This document shows, in pieces, positions 1 to 9,953 of a DNA stretch of 26,960 nucleotides. Origin of the DNA: Paramoeba atlantica (Eukaryota; Protista; Discosea). The notes beneath the pieces are model-generated. The model was given only the letters and a program-made list of their open reading frames with translations. It searched no databases and had not been told where the DNA came from. The position numbers and the translations under genes are program-made. Each line of letters begins with the position of its first letter. Position 1 is the first letter of the stretch. The stretch covers positions 1-26,960 of the forward strand of contig CDRNVI010000095.1 of NCBI GenBank assembly GCA_977017575.1, given 5' to 3'.

Positions 1-185
1 GCCAAGAAAGTTGTTAATATTGGAAAAATTATAATTAATAATTTATATTTATTAATTATTTTTAATCTATTGGAGATAATTAATTTTTAATAAAATATTA
101 TTAATTATTTAATTTGAATGTATTGATAGTAATCAGGGTGAAGTCGTAACATGGTAGTGGTAGGGGAACCTGCCGCTGGATGGAA
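1..185 (+). rRNA. rns: 3' end of mitochondrial small-subunit rRNA (partial; helices 44 and 45)
   Basis: GGGTGAAGTCGTAACATGGTAGTGGTAGGGGAACCTGCCGCTGGAT at 136-181 matches the universal SSU 3' end, with helix 45 AGTGGTAGG-GGAA-CCTGCCGCT. Helix 44 is AT-expanded. There is no CCTCC anti-Shine-Dalgarno tail, as expected for mitochondria. The 3' end is approximate. Confidence 0.95.
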
Positions 186-190
186 AATAA

Positions 191-301
191 ATTTATATTT
201 TTTTAAAGGTAAGCTTATCGAACCCCTTTAAAATATTATATATTAAATTATATTCTCGTAAAAATTTTTTATAAGAGTGTATAATTTATATTAATACAAA
301 T
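191..301 (+). rRNA. Candidate highly divergent mitochondrial 5S rRNA
   Basis: The ~111 nt folds by hand into a three-way junction: 191-199/293-301 (8 of 9 pairs); 201-209/225-233 (9 bp) closing a loop with CGAAC; 245-257/274-286 plus an inner stem. It lies directly after rns. Confidence 0.5.
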
Positions 302-310
302 CATATTTTA

Positions 311-399
311 GGTGAGTTGACCGAGTGGTTGAAGGTGTCGATCTGCTAAATCGATATATTATTCATATAATATCATGGGTTCGAATCCCATACTTACCT
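311..399 (+). tRNA. trnS: tRNA-Ser(GCU), long variable arm
   Basis: Acceptor stem GGTGAGT/ACTTACC; anticodon arm TCGAT-CT GCT AA-ATCGA (anticodon 345-347); T arm ATGGG-TTCGAAT-CCCAT; long variable arm. Confidence 0.97.
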
Positions 400-433
400 T
401 ATAAAAAAATAATTTGTAATTAAAAAAAGTTTT

Positions 434-506
434 TTGGGGGTAGCTCAGTAGGTAGAGCGAAAGCCTGAAAAGCTTTAGGTCATTGGTTCAAACCCAATTC
501 TCCACA
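434..506 (+). tRNA. trnF: tRNA-Phe(GAA) with a T1xC72 acceptor-stem mismatch
   Basis: D arm GCTCAGTAGGTAGAGC; anticodon arm AAAGC-CT GAA AA-GCTTT (467-469); T arm ATTGG-TTCAAAC-CCAAT; acceptor TTGGGGG/TCTCCAC. Confidence 0.96.
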
Positions 507-623
507 TAAAACTTATATTAAATTTAATTATATATGGAATCATTAAAAAGAAAAAGAAAGAAAATTAAAAAAATAGAAAAAGTTTAAAAAAATAGAAAAA
601 TTAAGGAAAGAAATAATACAAAT

Positions 624-1206
624 ATGTTTGAAAAAAAAGAAAGTTTAATAAAAAATAGAAAAATTAAATTAATAAAAATTAATAGATTTAAATTACCTTC
701 AGTTACTTGATTATATAAAAAAAGGTTTAATATAAAATTAAAAAGCAAGTATATATATGCAGCAAAATTATCTTTTTTTAAAAAAAGATATTTATTTATT
801 AATATACTAAAAAATTTTTTAAAGGGTTCAAAATTAGATTGGTTATCTTTGAAATTTTGTACTATTAATTTAATATTAAAATTTAGAAAAAATACTTATT
901 TAAATTTTTCGCATATTAATGGTAATGTAATAAAAAATTTTTCATGTGGTTTTTATTATAAAAAATCATTAAAAAAAAACATATTTTGCTTTAAATTCAT
1001 TAATTGTAGCTTCAAAAATTGATTTTAAATATTTATATATGAAAAAATGATTCATATTAAATATAATTTATAAATATTATACTCGTAAAATTTTGAGAAA
1101 TTTAAAAGAATTATTTGAGACTACACCTTATAATTTAAAATTTATTAATTTTATAAAATCAAAAGCTCATAATGGTATAAGAAAGAAAAAGAGAAGAAGA
1201 AAATAA
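624..1206 (+). CDS. rps11: Ribosomal protein S11 with Lys-rich N-terminal extension; one +1 indel in the A9 run at 971-979
   Basis: Table-4 translation gives KFRKNTYLNFSHINGNVIKNFSCG, then after the shift KKTYFALNSL and the C-terminal KAHNGIRKKKRRRK* (S11 motif PHNGCR.KK.RR). The start could be the in-frame ATG at 534 if the TAA at 585 is an error. Confidence 0.85.
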
Positions 1207-1209
1207 TAA

Positions 1210-1533
1210 ATGAAAAAGAAAAAAATTATAAATTATTTAGATAATTCTTTTTTAAGTTTATTATCTATAGAATATAAAAAAAAATTAAATAATAATATAT
1301 CTATTGAATTAAAGTATTTTTATTGATTATATAAGAATGTATATATACGTAATATTAAAGGATTAATTATAAATTTTAATAAAAAACAATATTTAAATAT
1401 GGAAAGTTTTTTATTATATTATAGGTATAAAAATATACGATTAAATCAATTATATTTTGTTACTTCACCTTTTAATCTATTTTTAAAATATAAAATTAGT
1501 AATATTAAAAAATATAAATTATATATATTATAA
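1210..1533 (+). CDS. 107-aa ORF, possibly a divergent ribosomal protein L19
   Basis: Open in table 4 (one TGA) and absent from the ORF track. IKGLIINFNKKQYLNMESFLLYYRYKNIRLNQLYFVTSP resembles the bL19 core pattern G..I...SF.L....V.Q.F...SP. Coding status is well supported; the identity is inferred. Confidence 0.5.
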
Positions 1534-1545
1534 ATAAAAAAAAAT

Positions 1546-2136
1546 ATGTTATTAAAAAAAAATAGTAATAATTATGCTGTAAATTATATATTAAATTTAC
1601 TAATTAAATATATTTCGCATATAAAAATAACAGATGAATTTATTAAAATTAAATTAGTATCAAAAGATTATTTAGGTTTTGTTTTAAATATTTTTAATAA
1701 GCATACTTTTTTAAGATATAAGGTAATAACTGATATTTGCTGTAGTGATTTTATTGATAGAGCTAAACGTTTTGAAATTGATTATAATTTATTAAGTATA
1801 GATTATAATTCTAGATTAATTATTTCTGTATCTTGTGATAAATTAGATGTTATAAGATCTATTACTGATATTTATTTAGGTGCCGATTGGTTAGAACGTG
1901 AAGTTTGAGATATGTATGGTATTTTTTTCATGGGTCATAAAGATTTAAGACGTATATTAACCGATTATGGTTTTGAAGGTTATCCGTTTCGTAAAGATTT
2001 TCCTTTAAATGGTTATTTAGAAATAAGGTATGATGAAGATAAACAATATTTGATTTATGAGCCTATTGAATTAATGCAAAATATGAGATCATATAGTTTT
2101 ACTAATCCTTTATTAAATAAAAAATATATACTTTAA
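1546..2136 (+). CDS. nad9: NADH dehydrogenase subunit 9
   Basis: Two track ORFs join through TGA (1906-1908) to give [42 protein letters not shown]. Confidence 0.98.
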
Positions 2137-2140
2137 AAAC

Positions 2141-3325
2141 GTGAATAAAATATTTAAAAAAATAAAAACTTTTACAATTAATTTTGGACCACAGCATCCA
2201 GCAGCTCATGGAGTTTTAAGATTAATATTAGAATTAAATGGTGAAATTATAGAAAGAGCTGATCCTCATATAGGATTATTACATAGAGGTACTGAAAAAT
2301 TAATAGAATATAAGACTTTTATACAAGCTTTACCTTATTTTGATAGATTAGATTATGTATCTATGATGGCTCAAGAACATTGTTATTCATTAGCTGTAGA
2401 AACTTTAAGTTCTACTAATGTACCTATAAGAGCAAAGATGATACGTATGATTTTTGGTGAAATAACTAGAATATTAAATCATATTTTAGGGTTAACTACA
2501 CATGCGTTAGATGTTGGAGCGATGACACCTTTTTTATGACTTTTTGAAGAACGTGAAAAATTAATGGAATTTTACGAAAGGGTATCAGGTGCTAGAATGC
2601 ATGCAGCATATATAAGACCAGGAGGTATTAGTCAAGATATACCTATGTCTTTTTGTGATGATTTATATAAATTTACACAAAATTTTATTAACTCTTTAAT
2701 GGAAATGGAAGAATTATTAAATAGAAATAGAATATGAAAGCAACGTTTAGTTGATGTAGGTATATTAGATTATAATCAAGCACAAACTTGAGGTTGTAGT
2801 GGAGTTATTTTAAGAGGATCTGGTATTCCTTGAGATATTAGAAAAAGTGAACCTTATGAATTATATAATGAAGTTGATTTTAAATCTTATATAGGAAATA
2901 AAGGTGATTGTTTTGATAGATTTTTAATTAGATTAAAAGAAATGCATGAGAGTTTAAAAATAATTTTACAACTTTTAAATAATTTAAAAGAAGGTCCTAT
3001 TTCAAATTACAATAATAAATTAACTATACCTTCAAGATCATTAATGAAGTTTTCTATGGAATCTTTAATACATCATTTTAAATTATTTACAGAAGGTGTT
3101 AATATACCTTTTAATGATGTTTATAGATCTATAGAAGCTCCTAAAGGGGAATTTGGTGTTTTTTTAGTTTCGGGAGGATTAAATAGACCGGTAAGATGTA
3201 AGATAAAAGCACCAGGGTTTAATCATTTACAATTATTAGATACATTATCAAAAGGACATATGATAGCCGACGTTGTTACTATTATAGGTACTTTAGATAT
3301 AGTTTTTGGGGAGGTTGATCGTTAA
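2141..3325 (+). CDS. nad7: NADH dehydrogenase subunit 7 (394 aa, GTG start)
   Basis: [54 protein letters not shown]. One continuous frame with TGA=Trp. Confidence 0.99.
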
Positions 3326-3358
3326 TCAAATATTAATATAATATTAAATATTATATAT

Positions 3359-3814
3359 ATGCAAAAAAAATTAAATCGATTTTTTAATTTAAGAATTAAT
3401 TCTAGAGGTGCCGCTTTTGAAAATTTAAATATAGGACCTAATTTAAGTCCTTATATGAATAGAGAGAAAATCAAAGAATTTTGTAATGAATTTAATAAAC
3501 AAACTTTTATATATAGATCGGAAGATTTATTAATATATGTTAGATTATTTTTATATACTGATAAATCATTTGTTTTTTTAATAAAAGGACCTTCTTTTAG
3601 TACTTTATTAAAATTGGTTTGAAATATTATGAGTTTAACTAATAAAAATATTATGGAAAATTCAATTACATTAAGAAGTCTATATGATATTGTTATATTG
3701 CGTAATTATTATTGATTTAAATTATATAATAATTTAAATCAAAATTGAATAAAATTGCGATTTAAAAATAGTTTTTTTTCTATATCAAATTTACAAATTA
3801 ATAAAATTATATAA
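3359..3814 (+). CDS. rpl11: Ribosomal protein L11
   Basis: IGPNLSPY...IKEFCNEFNKQT...YTDKSFVFLIKGPS matches uL11. The frame continues through TGA codons to TAA at 3812-3814. Confidence 0.9.
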
Positions 3815-3820
3815 AAAAAT

Positions 3821-4201
3821 ATGAATAATAATATTATAGCTTTTTTTTATGTAAATCAATATAAATCGTTTAATAATTTTGAACAAATTTATTTAAACAT
3901 AATGAATTTATCTAATATTAATTTATTATATAAAATTTTTGTTAATATTAAATATTTTCTAATTATTAATAAGAAATATTTTAAAGATTATTTTACTAAT
4001 CTTTTAAATAATGATGAATTATTATTTTTATGATATAAAAATAAATTATATAGTAAAGGAACTTTAGAACAAATAAATAATAGTTTGTTATTAAATTTAA
4101 ATAAAAAGTATTATTTATTTAATGAATTAATGAAATTCAATTATGAAAAAAAAATTATTAATACGTTAATAATATTTAAATATAAATTATGGCTTCGTTA
4201 A
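3821..4201 (+). CDS. 126-aa ORF, possibly a divergent ribosomal protein L10
   Basis: Open in table 4 to TAA at 4199-4201, overlapping rps12 by 13 nt. It sits at the rpl10 position of the ancestral rpl11-rpl10-rps12 order. The sequence resemblance (IIAFFYVNQ) is weak. Confidence 0.4.
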
Positions 4202-4599
4202 ATCAATTAATAAGAAATAAAGGCAGAGTAAAAAAAAAAAGACGTACAAAAGTTCTTTTGTTAGATTCTTGTCCACAAAAAAGAGGTGTTTGTATTGAAA
4301 TTAGAAATAGTGTTAGTCCAAAGAAACCAAATTCCGCTAAAAGAAAAGTAGCAAAAATAAGGTTATCAACAGGTAAAAAATTAATAGCAGTTATACCAGG
4401 TCAAGGTCATAATTTACAAAAATATTCAGTTGTTATGATTAGAGGAGGACGTGCTAGAGATATTCCAGGTGTACGTTATAAATTGATAAAAGGAAAATAT
4501 GATTTTAGTAATTGAGAACGTGAAGAACGAAATAAAAGTCGTTCTAAATATGGTTTGAAAAAAAAAAAGAAGGAAGGAAAGATTTTAAAAGATGAATAA
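4189..4599 (+). CDS. rps12: Ribosomal protein S12
   Basis: [54 protein letters not shown]; reading through TGA gives [12 protein letters not shown]. Confidence 0.98.
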
Positions 4600-5011
4600 T
4601 TGAATAAAATATTTAATACAATTATTAATAAGAAAAGGAAAAAAACAACGAATTATATTAAGTTTAGAGAAAATTTTTATTAATATAAAAAAAATATATG
4701 GTTGTTTAAATACTTTTTTTAAACAAATAGAAACTAATATATTCATTAGAATGTTTTGTTATATTAAAAAAGTAGGAGGTAAAAAATTATTAATACCACA
4801 TATTTTAAAATCAAAAGATTCTATACCATATTCTGTTAAATTAATAGTTAGATCTATTAATTCTAGAACTGAGCGAAAATTTCAAGAACGTATTCAAAAT
4901 GAATTAATAGATGTATATAATAATAAAGGTTTATCTATAAAAAAAAAAAATGATATGTATAGATTAATAGAAGCAAATTATACTAATATTAGATTTAAAA
5001 GAAAAAAATAA
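4592..5011 (+). CDS. rps7: Ribosomal protein S7
   Basis: MNNWIKYLIQLLIRKGKK, KKVGGKKLLIP, ERKFQERIQNELID, SIKKKNDMYRLIEAN. It follows rps12 with an 8-nt overlap. Confidence 0.9.
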
Positions 5012-5014
5012 TAT

Positions 5015-5758
5015 ATGTTAAAAAGGAAAAAACAGTCAAAAACAATAAAATATTTAACATTTGGTTTAAAAAATTATGCAGGAGTTAATAATATGGGTCA
5101 TAAAACAGTTAAATCAAAGGGAACTAGAGTTAAAAAGAAATATAGATTAATTGATTTTTTTAGAACTTACGTTGATATACCTGCAATGGTATTAAGAATT
5201 GAGTATGATCCTAATAGATCTGCAAATATAGCTTTAATATGTTATAAAAATGGATTTTTATCTTATATTTTAGCAGCCGAAGGTTTGAAAGAAGGTATGG
5301 TTTTAAATTCAGTAGATAAAATTGTTGGTTCTACATATCCTTTAGTAAATATAAAATTTGGTTCTTTTATATCTTGTATGGAATTAAAAAAAAAAAAAGG
5401 AAGTAAAGTAGCTAGATCTGCAGGTTCTTTTTGTTTATTAATATCACAAATAAATGAAAATTATTATTTAATAAGATTTCCTTCTGGTTTAGAAAAATTA
5501 ATTTTTAAATATAATAAAGCTATGATAGGTATTGTATCAAATAGAGGGCATAATTTAATAAAAAAAGGTAAAGCGGGTGTTAATATAAGATTAGGTAAAA
5601 AATCAACAGTTAGAGGTGTAGCAAAAAATTGTGTAGATCACCCTAATGGTGGTGGTAGAGGTAAAACTTCTCCATGAGTCGATTGTCCAAATTTTACAAG
5701 ACGTGTATTAAAATTTGTACCTACAACTAAGAAAAAAAAAAAAAATGAATTTAAATAA
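5015..5758 (+). CDS. rpl2: Ribosomal protein L2
   Basis: RIEYDPNRSANIALI, ARSAGS, RGVAKNCVDHPNGGGRGKTSPW; stop TAA at 5756-5758. Confidence 0.97.
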
Positions 5759-6023
5759 TATTAAAAATATTAAAAATATTATTTATTTTTTAAATTTTTC
5801 AAAAATAGATAAATTTATTTGATTAAAGTTAAAAGTAAAAGGTTTTAAAATAAAAAATTATATGATTAATAAAAGATTAACTGTATATAATGGTCGTTAT
5901 TTTATTCCAATTAAAATTATAGATAGTATGGTTAATTATATGATTAATTATTTTTTTTTTTCAAAAAATATATTAATAAAAGATAAAAAGAAAAAGAAAC
6001 GTATAAAGAAAAAGAAAAAATAA
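5745..6023 (+). CDS. rps19: Ribosomal protein S19
   Basis: MINKRLTVYNGRYFIPIKIIDSMVNYMINYFFFSK matches the uS19 pattern M.G....VHNG...P..I...MVGHK.GEF. It lies between rpl2 and rps3 and is missing from the ORF track. Confidence 0.88.
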
Positions 6024-6025
6024 TT

Positions 6026-7216
6026 ATGGGACATTTAGTTAATCCAATAACATATAGATTATCAAAAAGTAAATATTGAATTTCGTCTTGAAATAATATT
6101 ACAAAAAAAAATTATAAATTATTTTTTTTAGAAGATTATAATATTATTAAATTTTATAATTGAATTAAAGTTATAATTAATTGAAACAAGTTAAATTTAG
6201 AAATATTACCGTTAAATATAATTAAAACATATAAAATGATGATAATAAATTTAAATTTATTAAATGATGATAATAAATTTTTAATTAATGATATTAAGTC
6301 AAAAAAATATAAATTAAAAAAATATTATAATCAGTCAAAAAAATATATATTTAAATCTTTTTTAAAGTATAAACAGTCAAAAAGAAAAAAAAAATATAAT
6401 TTTTTAAAAGAAAAAAAAAAAAAAAAATATATATTAAATTTTTTACGTAAATTTTTTTATAGTAAAAGAAAAAATTTTTATAAAAATAAAAAATATGTTT
6501 GATTTAATTATTTTTTTTGAGACATGCATAATAATAAATATTATTTATTTTATAATAAGTCTTGTAGAGGGTTTTATAGAAAGAAAATATTTAAAAATAT
6601 ATGAAAAAAAAAATCAATAAATAATTTTAATAATTTTAAATATTTTTATAAATATAAAAATATTTATATTTATAAAAATAATAAAAGATTAAACAATTTT
6701 ATTTTTAAATATAAATGATTTAATTTATTAAGAATTCCAACTAATCGTTGATTAAATAGATTAAAATATATTAAAAATACTAATTATTTAACTTTAGATA
6801 AAAAATTTATTTTTATATTAAAAAATTTTTTATCGTTTTTTATAAAAAAAATTTTTAAAGTTAATAATCCTATAATTAATTTTATAGATAAAAAAGAAGT
6901 AAATTATTCTACTTATTCTTTATATAAGCTAATTTTATGAAGATTGCGTGTAGGTTATAAAATAGAGCATTATGCTTATTTATTACATAATAAATTAAAA
7001 AATGAAAGAGGTATTATAGGTTTTAAAATAGGTTATGCAGGGAGATATAAAAAAAAGTTAAGAAATAAAAAGTTTATTAAACAATTTGGTGCTATTTCAC
7101 CAAGTAATATAAATTCTCCTTTAAGTTATAATCAGTTTATTTTAATTATGCGGTATGGTGTTTGTGGTGTAAAAATGAGTTATGTTAGAAAAGTGTATTT
7201 ATCTTCTATAATATAA
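6026..7216 (+). CDS. rps3: Ribosomal protein S3 (396 aa, long low-complexity centre)
   Basis: N-terminus MGHLVNPITYRL; C-terminus GIIGFKIGYAGR and YGVCGVK. One frame with many TGA=Trp codons. Confidence 0.92.
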
Positions 7217-7264
7217 AAAGAAAGAAAAGAGAAAAAAAGTTGATTTATTAAGAAATAAATAGAA

Positions 7265-7714
7265 ATGAAAAAAATTTTTGTCAAAAAACATTTAATATTA
7301 AATTATTCTAATACTAAAAATTCGATAGAAAAAATATATAATGGTCAATTTGCTATATATTTTTTAGAAGGTGGTATACTATATAATAATGAATTTAAGG
7401 CTTTATTATTTTTTTTAAAAAAAAGATTAAAATTTTTTACTAAATTATTTATACGTTTTCATCCAAGTTTTAAAAATACATCAAAACCTATAGGTGTTAG
7501 AATGGGTAAAGGTAAGGGTGCATTAAATGAATATTATTTTAATATATCAAAAGGTCAAATATTTATTGAATTTGGTTTTTCTAATAAATTATTTATATTA
7601 AATGATAATGATAAAAAAAAATTATTAGAATATATTAAAGGAATTGTTAAATTAGCCTCATTAAAATCAAATATTAAATTTAAATTAGTTTATAATAAAG
7701 AAAAATGATTTTAG
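7265..7714 (+). CDS. rpl16: Ribosomal protein L16
   Basis: TSKPIGVRMGKGKG. In table 4 the TGA at 7706 is Trp and the stop is TAG at 7712-7714. Confidence 0.95.
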
Positions 7715-8061
7715 TAGGTAGTTATTTAAATTGTAGTGATAATTCTGGTGCACGTATTGTAAAATGTATAAGAATTTATAAAAGAAAAAAATATGGATCT
7801 ATTGGTGATGAAATATTAATAACTGTTAAAACAAATAATCCTAAAAAAAGAATAAAAAAAGGAGAATTATATAAGGCTTTAATTATTAGAACTAAATATA
7901 ATTTAAAAAAAAATATAAATTATTATAAATTTAGTGATAATGCTGTTGTTTTGATAAATAAAAAAAAATTACCTTTAGGTACAAAATTATTTGGTATTAG
8001 TTTAAAATTTTTAAGATTTATAAACCGTAAAGTTTTCTTATTGATGCAAAGTATAATATAA
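7705..8061 (+). CDS. rpl14: Ribosomal protein L14
   Basis: MILVGSYLNCSDNSGARIVKCI, GSIGDEILITVK, FSDNAVVLIN..K.PLGTKLFG. Confidence 0.97.
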   Translation: MILVGSYLNCSDNSGARIVKCIRIYKRKKYGSIGDEILITVKTNNPKKRIKKGELYKALIIRTKYNLKKNINYYKFSDNAVVLINKKKLPLGTKLFGISLKFLRFINRKVFLLMQSII

Positions 8062-8065
8062 AAAT

Positions 8066-8623
8066 ATGAAAAGTATAGATTTCAAAAGTAATTTAAATAT
8101 AATACAAAAGGATAACATTAGTAAATTGAATATAATGAGTTTTAATCAATTATCAAAAATTGATAAAGTTGATGTAAAAGTTAAATTATATTCTTCAGAT
8201 GGTAATATAGTTAGAAGGTATCTTATTTTAAATAAATTATTTAAAAAATTATTTAATCAAAGAGTTTCTATTATAAAAATACAAAAAGAGACATTACGTA
8301 ATTTTTCTGTTAGATCAAGACGTAATAATTTATCTTATTATATAGTTTTAGGATTAAGTTTAAGAAAAAATAATATTTATTCTAATTTAAATTATTTATA
8401 TAATATTATTTTTAATTTATTAGATAAAAATAATGAAAGTAGTTTAATTTATAGAAAAGAAAATAAATATATAATAGAATTAAAAAATTTTAATTTTTTA
8501 TTAGGATTAAATAGTGATGAAGATATATTGGTAAATAATTTAATTTTTAAATTAAATTTTATTATAAATTTTAATAATAATAATAATAAATTACATGAAA
8601 AAATATTTTTTAAAAAATTATAA
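8066..8623 (+). CDS. rpl5: Ribosomal protein L5 (divergent)
   Basis: Position between rpl14 and rps14; SKIDKVDV, KLFNQRVSII and GLSLRKNNIY resemble uL5 motifs. Confidence 0.75.
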   Translation: MKSIDFKSNLNIIQKDNISKLNIMSFNQLSKIDKVDVKVKLYSSDGNIVRRYLILNKLFKKLFNQRVSIIKIQKETLRNFSVRSRRNNLSYYIVLGLSLRKNNIYSNLNYLYNIIFNLLDKNNESSLIYRKENKYIIELKNFNFLLGLNSDEDILVNNLIFKLNFIINFNNNNNKLHEKIFFKKL

Positions 8624-8864
8624 AAATGAAAGAATATATAATAATAATAATACATTAGTATTATTATTAAAAATTTTAAAAATATATAGGAAAAAGAAAA
8701 TATTTTTTTTGAATTTTCCTATACAGAATATTTTAAGAAAGAATTTTTGTATAGAAACTGGTTTAAAGAGATCTGTTTTTCGAGATTTTTCTTTATCTAG
8801 AATGAATATAAAAGAATCTCTTAATATGAAACAAATTAATGGTTTAAAAAAAATATCTTGATAA
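8595..8864 (+). CDS. rps14: Ribosomal protein S14
   Basis: RKNFCIETGLKRSVFRDFSLSRMNIKE...INGLKKISW* (TGA TAA at the end). Confidence 0.92.
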
Positions 8865-8867
8865 GTT

Positions 8868-9260
8868 ATGAATTTTTTTTGTAGTCAAATTAATAATGGG
8901 TATATAGCTAATTTAAAAAGTTTATATATACCATTAAAAAAAAAGTATTTACCTATATTATCACGTTTATACGAATTAAATTTGATAAATAGTTTTATAA
9001 TATGTAATAAATACCAAATAAAAATAACATTAAAATATTATAATAATAAGCCTTTAATTTTTTTAGAACAATTATCTTCAGGAGGTAATAAACAATATTT
9101 AAAATTTAAAACTTTTAATAAAAATTTTTCTAAATTTTATTTTAATCCTTGTTTTTATAGTAGTAATAAAGGTTTGTTAACACACGATGAAGCTTATATT
9201 ATAAAAAGTGGTGGTAAAGCCTTATTAAAAGTACATCTATTATATAAAAATATATTATAA
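8868..9260 (+). CDS. rps8: Ribosomal protein S8
   Basis: CSQINNG, ITLKYYNNKP, SSNKGLLTHDEAYIIKSGGKAL. Confidence 0.9.
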   Translation: MNFFCSQINNGYIANLKSLYIPLKKKYLPILSRLYELNLINSFIICNKYQIKITLKYYNNKPLIFLEQLSSGGNKQYLKFKTFNKNFSKFYFNPCFYSSNKGLLTHDEAYIIKSGGKALLKVHLLYKNIL

Positions 9261-9263
9261 TAA

Positions 9264-9803
9264 ATGAAAAAAAAATTATATTTAGGAAAAAGTTCTTTAT
9301 TAAATATTATACATAATAATAATAATATTTTTATGGAAAATATAATAAGTAATTATAAAAAAAATATAGATTTAACTATCTTAACTTTATTTAATCAAAA
9401 AAATATATTTATATTAAATAATAAAACATTAATTATTAAAAGAAAGAAATATTATAGTTTATTTCAAAGATATATAAAAAAAAATTTAATTGATTTGATA
9501 AGAGGTTATTGCCTAATTTTAAATGTTATAGGTTTAGGTTTTACTATGACTATTTGAAAAGATAATGAATTAAGATTTAATATAGGTTATAATCATTTGA
9601 TTTATTATAATATACCTAAAGGTATTTTAGTTAAATCTAGATCTAGAAGAAATCTTTTTTTATTTAGTAATTCTTATTTTTTGTTAAAAAAAGTATCTGT
9701 GGAAATAAAACAATTTAGAAAATTAAATGCATATAAATTGAAAGGAATAAAAGAAAAAAATGAATTATATATTAAAAAAAATTGAAAAAAAGGAACTTAT
9801 TAA
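9264..9803 (+). CDS. rpl6: Ribosomal protein L6
   Basis: LNVIGLGF, RFNIGYNHLIYYNIPKGI, RKLNAYKLKGI. The two track ORFs join through TGA; TAA at 9801-9803. Confidence 0.9.
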
Positions 9804-9948
9804 TTCAGCAATAAGTTTTAAGGTATTATTAAATTATAATTATAATTTAATTTATATACATAATTATAATTTAAAATTAATTTTCGATAATAATTGACTT
9901 CAAGTTAAAAATTATTTATATGAAATGGGTATTATAAATAAACAATAA
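9760..9948 (+). CDS. 62-aa ORF, candidate reduced ribosomal protein L18
   Basis: MNYILKKIEKKELINSAISFKVLLNYNYNLIYIHNYNLKLIFDNNWLQVKNYLYEMGIINKQ*. It fills the rpl6-rps13 gap (the rpl18 position). The C-terminal IFD...VK....EMGI resembles uL18 VFDR...V.AL....RE.GL. Confidence 0.35.
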
Positions 9949-9953
9949 AAAAT

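Noticed and set aside
8449-8655. Minus-strand 68-aa ORF
   Set aside because: Antisense shadow of rpl5/rps14 in low-complexity AT-rich DNA; no motif.
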